Assembly (NCBI GenBank): GCA_964388035.1
Contig: CAYLZE010000002.1
Coordinates: forward strand, 34,041-98,040
Length of the DNA stretch: 64,000 bases
Origin: an uncultured archaeon
GTDB lineage: Archaea > Asgardarchaeota > Lokiarchaeia > Sigyniarchaeales > SOKP01
Reading direction: 5' to 3'
In this document: in pieces, positions 19,661 to 29,877 of the stretch
Position numbering within the stretch: the first letter of the stretch is position 1
Layout of the letters: each line of letters begins with the position of its first letter
Program-made: the position numbers and the translations under genes
The notes under the pieces: model-generated
Told to the model about the DNA's origin: nothing
Databases searched by the model: none
Seen by the model: only the letters and a program-made list of their open reading frames with translations

Positions 19661-19894
19661 ATCTTCTGCATAGGGATTATTATCCCTTCACGATGCTCCA
19701 ATTAAAATGGTTTCAATTTCTCGTTCTTGAAACCATTAAGCATCTGTAAAAGGTAAAAAGAGCTTAAATTCTCTCTCTTTATTAAATACTGCTTTCGTCG
19801 CATTTTTAACCGCTTGAGCAAACGGAAAATTCTCATCAATTACTTGAGACTCGAACACCACGAGCGTTTGAACTTTAAGATCTAAATATAGGGA
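19661..19894 (-). pseudogene. Decayed 3' fragment of a duplicate of the adjacent M20 gene
   Basis: Colinear nucleotide similarity to about 18245-18478; His codon of TDAHWF is TAA at 19736-19738. Confidence 0.85.
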
Positions 19895-20113
19895 CCACCA
19901 GGCTGCCGTATTCTTAAGCTCAATTAGAAGAATTTCGAAAATACTTAAAAAATAAATATAAAAAAGATCCGACGTGGAACCTTTACTTTTCTAAGAAATA
20001 AATTGCTTTTCCTTCCATTGAATAAAATAAGGACCATAGGTTTACTAAAATTTTTATTTTATATTATAGCTAAAATTTTTTTGATTTAGATTATTAATTT
20101 AGTTAAATTACTC

Positions 20114-21007
20114 ATGCCCCGAATAATGAAAGTCATAAAAGGTCCCTTGAGCTCAGCGAGGTTTGTTACGTTTTTTCGTGCCTGTTCTTATAAGGAGAAG
20201 AATGAATTTTTACATAGTGCAGATAATTATGCTCAACAATTCATAAGTACTTTAGGACGATTAGCTTTATGGTTTTCTCCAATTATTATTCCGATCATTA
20301 AAAAGTCGGCTCTTGGCTCATATGATTGGATAGTTGCACGTACTTTATATTTGGATCATATTATGGGAAAAGCTCAAGAATTGAATTTTGAGCAGATAGT
20401 CATTTTAGGGGCAGGATTTGATAGTCGATCTTTAAGATTTGGGAAAAATTTGAACACTTTCCCGTTTTTTGAAGTGGATTTATGTCAAACTCAACTTGAG
20501 AAAATAAAAGCGTTAAAAAATAAAAAAATATTAATTCCTCTTAATTTACATTTTGTTTCCGTCGATTTTAACTCTCAAAAACTTGATGTAGAACTATTTA
20601 AAAGTGGATTTAAGAAAGATGCTAAAAACCTATTTATATGGGAAGGTGTAACCAGATATTTAACTCAAGAAGGCATAGACGCTACTCTTAAATCTATCCA
20701 TTCAATATCAGCGACTGGTAGTGAAGTTGCTTTAACATATCATATACGATATCAAAGTAAGAAAGAAAATAAAAAATTAAGAAAAAGTGAAAAATATATA
20801 AAAAAATGGATTAGAAGAAGGGGAACATCGTTTGATTTTAGTTTGGAGGAAAATGAAATAAAAAATTTCCTTCGTGATCGTGGTTTTAGACTTCTTGAAA
20901 ATAAGATGGCTCAAGATTTGGATGAGTTATACTTTAAAAAGGCAAATGGAAAGTTTGCGGGGCATGTTACACTTCACAGCGCTATAGCTCTTGTAGAAGT
21001 TTTATAA
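20114..21007 (+). CDS. LCM/TIGR00027-family SAM-dependent methyltransferase
   Basis: ARTLYLD, QIVILGAGFDSR, FEVD, VDF, WEGVTRYL. Confidence 0.9.
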   Translation: MPRIMKVIKGPLSSARFVTFFRACSYKEKNEFLHSADNYAQQFISTLGRLALWFSPIIIPIIKKSALGSYDWIVARTLYLDHIMGKAQELNFEQIVILGAGFDSRSLRFGKNLNTFPFFEVDLCQTQLEKIKALKNKKILIPLNLHFVSVDFNSQKLDVELFKSGFKKDAKNLFIWEGVTRYLTQEGIDATLKSIHSISATGSEVALTYHIRYQSKKENKKLRKSEKYIKKWIRRRGTSFDFSLEENEIKNFLRDRGFRLLENKMAQDLDELYFKKANGKFAGHVTLHSAIALVEVL

Positions 21008-21076
21008 TTCATTTTGCAATTAAATAATCATCTAATACTAGAGTTAATTAACTAAAAATTAATTTGAAATTTCTTT

Positions 21077-21190
21077 CTATTTTCGAGGAGGATTTTCGGA
21101 AGAGATTTGTATTATTTTTTGATGAAATGAAACAATTTCCTTCGGCATTTCATTCATTATTTTTATTATTTTTTGCTCTAACTCCTTCAA
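21077..21190 (-). pseudogene. Decayed 5' fragment of a duplicate of the M20 gene
   Basis: MKELEQKIIKIMNEMPKEIVSFHQKIIQISSENPPRK* versus intact MNELEQKILKRIDEMQEEIIAFHQKIIQIPSENPPRKY; upstream DNA also resembles 19392-19500. Confidence 0.88.
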
Positions 21191-21530
21191 AGTATTAACA
21201 ATATTTTCAGATTTTTTATATTAATAAACGATAAATCAATGAGAATTATATAATTCGTTGGATGGGTTTTTTCTAAAGAGATCTCGTCCGTGATTATATC
21301 TTTGAATCTCATATTTTTTCAAAGAATATCAATTATTTACCTATGACTGTAACTCTCTCTTTAGTAACTAACAAAATGAAATTCAGGTGTTTTGGGAAGA
21401 TGATATATCATATGATTGTGGAATTTTATCTATAATTTATTCTGCTTTATATTGCTCAAAATATATAAAAAAAGAACGAGAGAATGTAATAAAAAAAGTA
21501 AAAATAGTATTTACAAATTTAAAGCATTAT

Positions 21531-23111
21531 TTACCATACAATATTCGCTATTACGTCTTTAGCCTTGTCCGCCTCTTTCTGCTTTAAGATCTTTTTGATC
21601 CGGAGATCATTTATCGCATCTTCAAGTAACGTGTCAAGATTTTTCATTTCTATTAAATTAGCTTCTTGACTTTGATTTTCAACCAGATCAACCATTGGAG
21701 GGAATTTATTCATGAGATCCCGGATTTTATCTCGAAACCCATCCGTGATTTTATTGTGAAGCACTCTGTCTTTTTCGATCATCACGGGAAATACTGGGGC
21801 TCTTTCTACGCTTTTTTTAGTATCGGGATTAACGAACAAGAAAATGAAAATCGGGATGCCTACTACGATATTCTTAGTTTTTATTTCTAGAGTATAATTT
21901 TGCAAGAATTGTTGCATGCTACTTAAATCGGCGTCCTTAATCGTTTCAATATTGTTTAAACACGACTGCTTTTCTTCACGGATTTTCACGACAATATCTT
22001 CCGTGGTAGCCACTTCACTACTCAAATTACTGTGCTTTTCCTCAATTTGTTTTTGAACATCATATATTTTCGATTCTAAATTCGATATTTTCTGCTTGTG
22101 AACCTTCTCTGCCTGATATAGTTCATTATCCAGATTTTTCTTTAATTGATTAATTTCTGTCTTATAACGATCAATAGAGCTACCTAAATTCCTATATTGA
22201 AGATCCACATTACTCATAGCTTCATCAAAAAGGAATAGATTTTGCTTACTAACTGCATTCTTTAGCTTATCTATAGCTGCCTTCAACGTATTAAGATCAT
22301 TTAATAAATCTCCTGTCTTATCATTTATTTTATATTTTCCTGTAGCAAGTAATTCATTTCGATCTTTTTCGATCTTTTTTTCCTTTTCTGCTTGAAGTTC
22401 CTTGTTCAGTACTGCTAATTGCTTTTCCTCTTCACGCGTATCTACTTTAGAAGCCCTTAACTCTCCTGATCTTTGCGACATTTTGGATATCCATTGGTCA
22501 CATAGTGAAGAAATTTGATCTTTATAATTATCAAGCATTTTGATATCTTTTAAGTCTACAAAATCTTGGATCTCTTGAACAATTTTAATTTGATCAACAC
22601 TTTTTGCGATAGGTTCTCCTTCAAGAATGAAATATTTTTCACCAAGTGCGTTTAAATTATACATGTTAAAGAAAAAATTCTTAAAATAATCAACCTCGTT
22701 TGCATTAAAGAGCGCTTCTTGTACTACCGTATTTCTCTTATAATTTTTACTTTTCGCTAAGTAATTAGAGTTATAGGATCTTAGGGCATCCAAAAAGGAA
22801 TTCGCATCTGCCGCTTTTATGACGTTTTCTGGAGGAGGAGGGGAAACGGAAAAAGTTCCTACATTCAACTTTTCTACTTTATTTAATAAATAGCTACACA
22901 CGCATGCACGAGTATCCGTCAATGGGATAAGTCGTACAGGCCAAAAACTCATTGCTATTCTATTGATTTTTCCCATTTTTTTTATTTTCTTCCCATAAAT
23001 GCCAAGACACTCAATTAATGCCATCCCAATTTCATTGAGCAGCGTTCCTTTACTGCGTGCAGGGCTGGGCTCGCCAATGTTGATTAAGAAGGGAACAATT
23101 TGATCAACCAT
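21531..23111 (-). CDS. Coiled-coil protein of unknown function
   Basis: 526 aa; globular ends (FWPVRLIP; VGIPIFIF) around about 200 aa of heptad repeats; GGTGA SD-like motif. Confidence 0.82.
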   Translation of the reverse strand: MVDQIVPFLINIGEPSPARSKGTLLNEIGMALIECLGIYGKKIKKMGKINRIAMSFWPVRLIPLTDTRACVCSYLLNKVEKLNVGTFSVSPPPPENVIKAADANSFLDALRSYNSNYLAKSKNYKRNTVVQEALFNANEVDYFKNFFFNMYNLNALGEKYFILEGEPIAKSVDQIKIVQEIQDFVDLKDIKMLDNYKDQISSLCDQWISKMSQRSGELRASKVDTREEEKQLAVLNKELQAEKEKKIEKDRNELLATGKYKINDKTGDLLNDLNTLKAAIDKLKNAVSKQNLFLFDEAMSNVDLQYRNLGSSIDRYKTEINQLKKNLDNELYQAEKVHKQKISNLESKIYDVQKQIEEKHSNLSSEVATTEDIVVKIREEKQSCLNNIETIKDADLSSMQQFLQNYTLEIKTKNIVVGIPIFIFLFVNPDTKKSVERAPVFPVMIEKDRVLHNKITDGFRDKIRDLMNKFPPMVDLVENQSQEANLIEMKNLDTLLEDAINDLRIKKILKQKEADKAKDVIANIVW

Positions 23112-23520
23112 GTAGAATCACCTTAAATTATTAAAATAGCTAATATAATTAAGTTTTGCTATGGGTAAAATTTTTAGATGTCGTCGATTTCTTTTTTAAT
23201 TTATCTTTAAAGATAAATTTATTCATCTTTTCCGTCCTCTTTTTAATTATTTTGAACATGGAATAAGAATCAAATATGGTTAAAATAGAGAAAAGGAGTG
23301 AGAATCTTCTAATTTCAACAAAATCTTTCTATAGACTTGCTAGAATTAAAAAAAGATATTATTCTAAATTTGATTTTTAATCATATTTGAAAGAAACTTT
23401 TATAAATTTGAAATTAATCAAGATACTCGTATAAGTGCTGCATTACATCTATAGATTAATCTTTATAGGTTTAGAGGTCTAGAGAAATAACAATTTTCTC
23501 CTCACTATCCAAAAAATTCC

Positions 23521-23828
23521 GTTTCAATTATATTGGCGGGGATTTCCGTGATCTTTCCCATAATTTTAATGATTGTTGTTGTTTTTAATGGGATAGTTCA
23601 TTTGGTTTCTATTTTAAGAACCGAAAATATAATCCCGGATTAGTTGTTAACGTAATAGGAAATCTTCCATTAGGGTTATATGTATTGATTGGATTATGCT
23701 TAACTGGTATGGCTTCCAGCATCGAATTAATTATTGGTGTACTAATCAGTTCCGTTCTTAATCTGCTTTTACTTGTTCTTCTTTTTTCTAGAAGAAGAAA
23801 AGGAGCTATAAATAGAAATAAATCCTAA
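23521..23828 (+). pseudogene. Frameshifted C-terminal remnant of HXXEE-family membrane protein
   Basis: ...VFNGIVHLVSILRT / KYNPGLVVNVIGNLPLGLY...; the N..H and YNPGL motifs are split by a frameshift near 23625; no start. Confidence 0.65.
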
Positions 23829-23949
23829 ACTGAGAAAAAAAAAATAATGGAGGGGAGGTTGGAATAACCATCCATAAATTCAAAATTAATTTTTATTAAT
23901 TATTGCTATCTTTTAATTCCACATTAAATCATCAATTTTGACGATTAAA

Positions 23950-24459
23950 TTACTTAACGAATTCAAATCTAAATGTTCTATAACATTTGCCTTCAGAGAC
24001 CATCATGCACCCATTTACTTGGGGATCTACCTTATAATTTAATCTTAATTCTTCGAACCATCCCTTTAATCTTTCAAATATTCCACATTCATATTGTTCT
24101 ATCACCCCTATCCTCTTTACTCCGTCATATGCAAAGCAGTTATTCATCGTAAATTTTAAGATATTAAATTCAGGAAATTCATATTCAAAGTCCATAAACT
24201 TAGCTTTAACCACTTTAAACAGGGTATTTGCAAATTCTTTAAATTCTGAAAAGGATTGAATTTTTTCGACACTCAAAGCAGCCATTATTCTCCTAAGTTC
24301 AACTTTTGCCATGGAACGTACTGCTGCTTTATTTATTTTATTTGCTTTTTCAATACCACATTCCTGCAGGCAATGCAAAAACCACATCCCATCATGCGTC
24401 ATCCAATTTTTAAATAAGAGTTCTCTTAATTCATCTTCCTCTAAAACTCTTAGGCTCAT
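23950..24459 (-). CDS. DUF6125 / ATC-hydrolase (V4R-like) family protein
   Basis: KNWMTHDGMWF, C...C...C...C pattern; ATG 24459 overlaps upstream TGA (ATGA). Confidence 0.8.
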   Translation of the reverse strand: MSLRVLEEDELRELLFKNWMTHDGMWFLHCLQECGIEKANKINKAAVRSMAKVELRRIMAALSVEKIQSFSEFKEFANTLFKVVKAKFMDFEYEFPEFNILKFTMNNCFAYDGVKRIGVIEQYECGIFERLKGWFEELRLNYKVDPQVNGCMMVSEGKCYRTFRFEFVK

Positions 24460-24980
24460 TCCTTCCATCTTTTCACATTCACCAGAATGTTGCATTCTTT
24501 ATCTCCCTCCTTGAGGCAGGTTAAACATTCTTCTTTCACGCGTAGCCCTAAAGCTTTATACCATCCTTGTCGCATTGCAAAACATCCACATTCATAAAAT
24601 TCAGTCACTCCAATGCTTTTTATTTGATCAATAACAGCACATTTTTTTATAACTGCTAAGAGTTGCATATCCGTGTTTTTTTTAAATTCATATAACATTA
24701 TAGGAGAGGGATAATAGAAGTCTACTGCCGCGGAACAAATATCCATGAATTCCTCAGGGCTCCTTATATCTTCTATACTAAGTGCATTTTTCAAGCGAAA
24801 CATCATTGTTTTTCCCATTTCCGTGATAATCTGCTTATTTAATTTATTTGCTTCTTCCCAACCAAATCGTTGCACGATAGTCATTTGATATTTCGCATCA
24901 TGGGACATCCAATTTTTTCTCAATATTTCGATTTTCTTTTTATCACTTAATTGGTCGGATAATTTTATAGGAACATTCAT
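24456..24980 (-). CDS. DUF6125 / ATC-hydrolase (V4R-like) family protein, tandem paralog
   Basis: KNWMSHDA, same Cys pattern (KC...EC...CL..GD..C). Confidence 0.8.
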   Translation of the reverse strand: MNVPIKLSDQLSDKKKIEILRKNWMSHDAKYQMTIVQRFGWEEANKLNKQIITEMGKTMMFRLKNALSIEDIRSPEEFMDICSAAVDFYYPSPIMLYEFKKNTDMQLLAVIKKCAVIDQIKSIGVTEFYECGCFAMRQGWYKALGLRVKEECLTCLKEGDKECNILVNVKRWKE

Positions 24981-25076
24981 GATCTAGATCATTATTTTTG
25001 CTTTTAAATTGATTTCCGATCCAATTCAACCTTTTTTTAGTGTTAAATTTTAAAATTAGAGAAGGAGCCATTTCCC

Positions 25077-25262
25077 TTACGATCGTTCGATTTCTTTCAT
25101 CTGCTCTACGATCTCCGGGATAATGTTCAAGGTAGCAGTCCTGCAGAGCATAAATTCCTCATCTCCTATAAAGAGTTGTGACCGATCTAGAATCAGCTTT
25201 ATCGTTAGTACTTCACGTCCATTCTGGTCCCGAACGGAAAACTGCCGCTTTATTTCGCTCAT
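25077..25262 (-). CDS. Small hypothetical protein (61 aa)
   Basis: ATG preceded by AGGA; protein-like composition; fills the gap in a co-oriented run. Confidence 0.55.
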   Translation of the reverse strand: MSEIKRQFSVRDQNGREVLTIKLILDRSQLFIGDEEFMLCRTATLNIIPEIVEQMKEIERS

Positions 25263-25475
25263 TTTTTATCCTAAAAAAAAATTTGTATTGTAAAAACAAT
25301 ATTCCATTGGCATTTTAAATTTTAGGGTGTTCCGAGTTTTTTGGTTTTTGAACTTATTTATCATGTTAAGAAGTACATATAAACAAATACAAGAAGAGGT
25401 TCTTGAAAGATTCAAGAGATCTTGACTTCTACGGAAACCATTTTTCCATGTACTAAAAAAAATAATATAGCCATC

Positions 25476-26366
25476 TCAAATGTCCATATACTCGAATGTC
25501 CATATATTTAAGTATTTATCACGAAGGTTTTTTGCTAGCAATGGATCATTTAAACTAATGCAAGATAAGATTCTTGAGGGATTTAAGGGATCTTGAACTT
25601 TAAGTAATACTCTTTTTCCATCAAGAATGTCAAATAACGTGGTCATTCGGGCTGAATAAAATTTCATTTTAATTAAGGAAGAATCTTTGGATAAATTCAT
25701 TAACTCATAAAATTTATTAACGATCTTAAAATAAAGTGCTTTATCATGGTCCAATTCTTCTGCTTTTAATGGTCTCTCATCATGTTGAGTAGTCCATAAA
25801 ATTTTAACGTTAATACCACGCTCAGCAACCTCCAGAATTCCTTTAAATAAATTTATTCCTCGTGTCATTATTTTGGGAGTGTTTTTATCAATGAAATAAT
25901 AAAGTAACAATTCTTCTTTTAAATCAAAAAAGTATCGTAAATACATAGAAAAAATAGACTGATAACCATATACTGTTGTCCAAAAAGGTTCAATTTCTCC
26001 GATATTTTTTTTTATCTCACTCAAATGGTGTAATCTAGCTTCCAACACATCGGCTTCATTTTTTAAAATTTCTGTTTTTTTATTATGGATATTATCTAAA
26101 TAGGAAATTAAATTGCTTATGGCGGTAGTAAATTTAAAAGCTTTATAGAACTTAGGATGAGAAGGAATGATTTGAATCATGGTTTTATCACTTAATTGAG
26201 TTAATACCTCGTAAATTCTGCCGATTGGAATATTGGATTGTTGACTTAAATCTCTTGCAGATAATTCATTAAACCGTAATAAAGTTAAATAGGCTTTTAT
26301 CTCATAAGAAGATAATTTAATCGATTTTAACAATCGTTTAATTTCGGAAAGTGTTTCTTTTGACAT
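25476..26366 (-). CDS. TrmB-family transcriptional regulator
   Basis: LSSYEIKAYLTLL...SARDLSQQSNIPIGRIYEVLTQL N-terminal HTH plus PLD-like effector domain. Confidence 0.9.
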   Translation of the reverse strand: MSKETLSEIKRLLKSIKLSSYEIKAYLTLLRFNELSARDLSQQSNIPIGRIYEVLTQLSDKTMIQIIPSHPKFYKAFKFTTAISNLISYLDNIHNKKTEILKNEADVLEARLHHLSEIKKNIGEIEPFWTTVYGYQSIFSMYLRYFFDLKEELLLYYFIDKNTPKIMTRGINLFKGILEVAERGINVKILWTTQHDERPLKAEELDHDKALYFKIVNKFYELMNLSKDSSLIKMKFYSARMTTLFDILDGKRVLLKVQDPLNPSRILSCISLNDPLLAKNLRDKYLNIWTFEYMDI

Positions 26367-26705
26367 GCAAGATCTTAAAAAATATATTAAAAAAAAGGTT
26401 TATATATTTTAATTCTATTATGAGAAAAAGAAGAATTCTAGATATCTGGAGATTTCAACCTTTTTTTTGGTTTAACCTTCCTCGAAAACATTAGAAAAAT
26501 TAATTGCCCTTGTTTTTCCTTCGGTATCAATTCTTATTTTTTGATTCCTCATATTAGGATATTTAAAGCTAACAGAGAAAAAATAGACATTATTAATAAT
26601 TTCAAGCAAAATTTATTTTATCCAAAAAACAAGATTTAAATGTTATTAATATGGAAATTCAAGTAATAGTTAACCAAATAAAAGAATAAAAAAAGGTGAT
26701 TTTAA

Positions 26706-27527
26706 GTGGTTGAAAAATTTTTAGAAGGTAAAGGAGCCGTGATCACGGGCGGTGCTTCAGGCTTCGGTAGAGGCGTGGGATATGCTTTTGCAGAACGAGG
26801 TGCTGACGTGATATTAGTAGATATTAATAAAGAGTTATTAGAAGAGACAGCTAAAAACATCGCAGCTAAACATGGAAGAAAAGTAATTCCGATTGTATGT
26901 GATGTTTCTCAATCGGATCAAGTAGATGCCATGGTAAAACAAGCGTCAAAAGAATTAGACAACATCTTCTTTTTATTTAACAATGCTGGTATAGGGCTTT
27001 CTTATGGGAAAAATATCGTTCGCATAAAGGAGGATGATTGGGATAAAATAATGGGAGTTAATTTGAAGGGGCAATGGTTAGTGGCTAAAGCGTTTTGGAG
27101 AAAACTCAAATCGAATAATTTTGAGCCAATTGCCGGAAAAATAGTATGTACTGCTTCTATAGCGGGTATGGTAGTAGATCCCAAGCTTCCGGATTATAGT
27201 ATTACCAAAGCAGGGGTGATCGCTTTAACTCAGCTTCTTGCAAAAACTTTGGCTCCTAAAGTAACGGCAAACGCAATTGCCCCGGGATTTCATGTCACGG
27301 GCATTTATTTAAATCGAAGAGAAGATATGAAATTGACTTATCTCGATGGAAATGTCAAGACACCTTTAAGTAGATTTGGCACGGTAGAAGATGTAGTGAA
27401 TGTAGTTGTTTTCTTGGCATCTCCCAGTTCTGATTTCATTACGGGACATATCTTTCCCGTAGATGGTGGAATAGCAGAAGTCGGGGTTCCCCCCAATGAT
27501 ATTTCCGATTCCATATATGATGAATAA
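26706..27527 (+). CDS. SDR-family oxidoreductase
   Basis: TGGASGFG, NNAG, YSITK, NAIAPG. Confidence 0.93.
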   Translation: MVEKFLEGKGAVITGGASGFGRGVGYAFAERGADVILVDINKELLEETAKNIAAKHGRKVIPIVCDVSQSDQVDAMVKQASKELDNIFFLFNNAGIGLSYGKNIVRIKEDDWDKIMGVNLKGQWLVAKAFWRKLKSNNFEPIAGKIVCTASIAGMVVDPKLPDYSITKAGVIALTQLLAKTLAPKVTANAIAPGFHVTGIYLNRREDMKLTYLDGNVKTPLSRFGTVEDVVNVVVFLASPSSDFITGHIFPVDGGIAEVGVPPNDISDSIYDE

Positions 27528-27663
27528 TTTTTTTGATGTAATTAGAATATAGTTATTTTTTTTATTTTTTTTATAATAGTATTACTATAAAAATTCAAAA
27601 TAATAAATAATCGAACAAATTAAAATCATAATTGAATAATTATAAGACATATTGAATCAAAAT

Positions 27664-28221
27664 TCATAGGAATTGTGATAAATTGCTCCTTGTACTAATT
27701 ACTTCCTCAAAACCGAGCCCTTTCATGAAAGTATAAGCAATCTTATTTTCTGAAAATACCTTGCATTTTAATTTCTTAGTATTATTGCTCTTAAAGAAAT
27801 CCCAAGCAGCGATTCCTAATGCAGTTCCAATCCCATCGTGCCGATTTTCGGATAAAACACCGATGCCCACGATATTTCCCGTTTTTAGATAATTCTCTTC
27901 TATTTTTAATATGATGAATCCTATATCTATTGCGTTTTTACTGGCGATCAGGAAAGATATATTGGGATTTTTTAGGGAATTGGATAAGGTGGATGATTTT
28001 ATAGGAGTAAACGGCATTGTAGCAACGGACCAAGAAGTATTGTAAAGATATTGTAATGTATCAATATCCTCTTTAGAAGCGACCCGAATTTTTAGTTCCA
28101 TGAGAGATCTTGCATATTTTTTCCGTATAGAATCCTCAAACTTGGGTGTGATTTTATTGGCAGAAAGTTCCATTTCAATGAAATGCTTACCACTTTTTGC
28201 ATCGATTAGAGAATTTTCCAT
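27664..28221 (-). CDS. GNAT-family N-acetyltransferase
   Basis: GIGVLSENRHDGIGTAL, NKIAYTFMKGLGF. Confidence 0.85.
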   Translation of the reverse strand: MENSLIDAKSGKHFIEMELSANKITPKFEDSIRKKYARSLMELKIRVASKEDIDTLQYLYNTSWSVATMPFTPIKSSTLSNSLKNPNISFLIASKNAIDIGFIILKIEENYLKTGNIVGIGVLSENRHDGIGTALGIAAWDFFKSNNTKKLKCKVFSENKIAYTFMKGLGFEEVISTRSNLSQFL

Positions 28222-28517
28222 TGCATCAAAATGGCGAGTAAAAGAATCCTTTTTTTGCTTAAACCAATTCTTAAATTTTTATAACATTACAATTTATAGG
28301 TTTAAAGAGAGTTTCTTTATATTAAAGAAAATAATAAGTTCTTTATATTAAAATAAGCGGAAATGCATAATAATCAGAATAAAATTATTAAAGGAAATTT
28401 CGGTTGTTTCCTTATAATTTTGTAATATATTATTATTTAGTAGGGAATAGAAATTTTTAAATTTCCTTAAAGCGTAAATAAGATTATTAACCAATAATAA
28501 AAAAGAGTGAAAAAAAG

Positions 28518-28919
28518 TTGTTTGAAATAGTAATAGCTATATTACAGATTTTAATCGGAATAGGTTTTATAGGTTTTTGGCTGATGTTTTATTTTACCGA
28601 ATATAATCCTGAAAAGCGAAAGATGGACGAGGTTTCATATAAACATGAATTATCTTTTCCTCTTCCAGATTTGGGATGGGTTACTCCATGTTTATTTATT
28701 GCAGCCATTGCCCTTCTTTTGGGACAACGGATTGGTTATTTCTTTAGCGCTTTAGCGGGTGCAGGGATGATATTTTTGGGGCTAATTGATTTTGCATTCG
28801 ATTTGCAGAATAAGGTGTTTAAAAAGCGGGACATGGACATGTACATGGCGGTTTTCATTATTGCACTCGTTTTAATTTTCGGTCCGATCTTTATCGTATA
28901 TGCGTGGGTGAATTTATAA
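28518..28919 (+). CDS. 4-TM membrane protein
   Basis: Four hydrophobic helices, HELSFPLPD motif; co-oriented with SDR. Confidence 0.75.
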   Translation: MFEIVIAILQILIGIGFIGFWLMFYFTEYNPEKRKMDEVSYKHELSFPLPDLGWVTPCLFIAAIALLLGQRIGYFFSALAGAGMIFLGLIDFAFDLQNKVFKKRDMDMYMAVFIIALVLIFGPIFIVYAWVNL

Positions 28920-28970
28920 GCTCTCTGTCTTAATAAATAGCAAGGAATTATAAGTAAGAGTGATGAAAAT

Positions 28971-29822
28971 ATGGTAAAGGAAAAATTAATCGCAACCCAA
29001 CCGTTTAAAAACAAGACTGCAATAGTATGTGGTGGTTCTACAGGCATGGGGAAAGCCGTGGCAAAACAAATCGCACAATTAGGAGGAAACGTGTGTATAA
29101 TCGCCAGAAGGATGGATGTGTTGAAGGAAGCCGCAAGTGAAATTGAAAGTGTAAAAAGTGCTGCTTCCACTTTTGTAGAGATAATCTCTTGTGATACTAC
29201 TGATATGGATAAATTAAAGCCCCTATTAGAGGATTTTATAACCAAGCATGGTATTCCAGATTATTTGTTCAATGCCGTGGGATTTGCCATCTCAAAGTAC
29301 GTTCAAGATTATACCCTTGATGATTTTAAAAATAACATGAATGTCAACTACTATGGGCAACTTATACCTACAATAATCTTGTTACCTCATTTCATGAAAG
29401 AGAAGAGAGGGCATATTATCTTTTTTTCTAGCATGATGGGATATTTTGGAATAATGGGATACGCAGCTTATACTCCTACGAAGCATGCCTTGGTGGGATT
29501 ATCTGAATCTCTACGGAATGAATTAATACCTTATAACATCAAAATCTCGGTGGTTTATCCTCCCGATACTAATACTCCTGGATTGAAAACAGAAAATGAG
29601 ATAAAACCAGAAGAATGCAAAATGATGTCTGAAGGTGCCAAGATGTTGGAGCCGGATGAGGTAGCAAACGTTGTAATATCAGGCGTCTTAAAAGAAAAGT
29701 TTAACATCTTACCGGGAGAAGCAAAATTAATCTGGAGGCTTTTCCGTCATTTTCCAAAAATCGTGAGATCCGTCATCGATAGTGATTATAAAAAAGCGCG
29801 AAAGAAATTAGGCAAGGAATAA
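28971..29822 (+). CDS. SDR oxidoreductase, 3-ketodihydrosphingosine reductase (KDSR/Tsc10)-like
   Basis: GGSTGMG, GYAAYTPTKHAL, YPPDTNTPG..ENEIKP resembles the KDSR PPDTDTPG..EN..KP signature. Confidence 0.78.
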   Translation: MVKEKLIATQPFKNKTAIVCGGSTGMGKAVAKQIAQLGGNVCIIARRMDVLKEAASEIESVKSAASTFVEIISCDTTDMDKLKPLLEDFITKHGIPDYLFNAVGFAISKYVQDYTLDDFKNNMNVNYYGQLIPTIILLPHFMKEKRGHIIFFSSMMGYFGIMGYAAYTPTKHALVGLSESLRNELIPYNIKISVVYPPDTNTPGLKTENEIKPEECKMMSEGAKMLEPDEVANVVISGVLKEKFNILPGEAKLIWRLFRHFPKIVRSVIDSDYKKARKKLGKE

Positions 29823-29877
29823 AAGAATTATTTTTTTTATCTATTTTTTACACCATAGGAAGTTATAATACAGGAAG

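Noticed and set aside
19891-19910. GGGACCACCAGGCTGCC resembles a stretch of eukaryotic 7SL RNA
   Set aside because: Only about 17 nt, in an AT-rich context with no SRP helix 8 or other structure; likely chance at a rearrangement junction.
20114-21007. LCM-family methyltransferase as a eukaryote-like PP2A or GTPase carboxyl methylase
   Set aside because: The family is widespread in prokaryotes, the GTPases lack CaaX, and the gene appears to be a late insertion.
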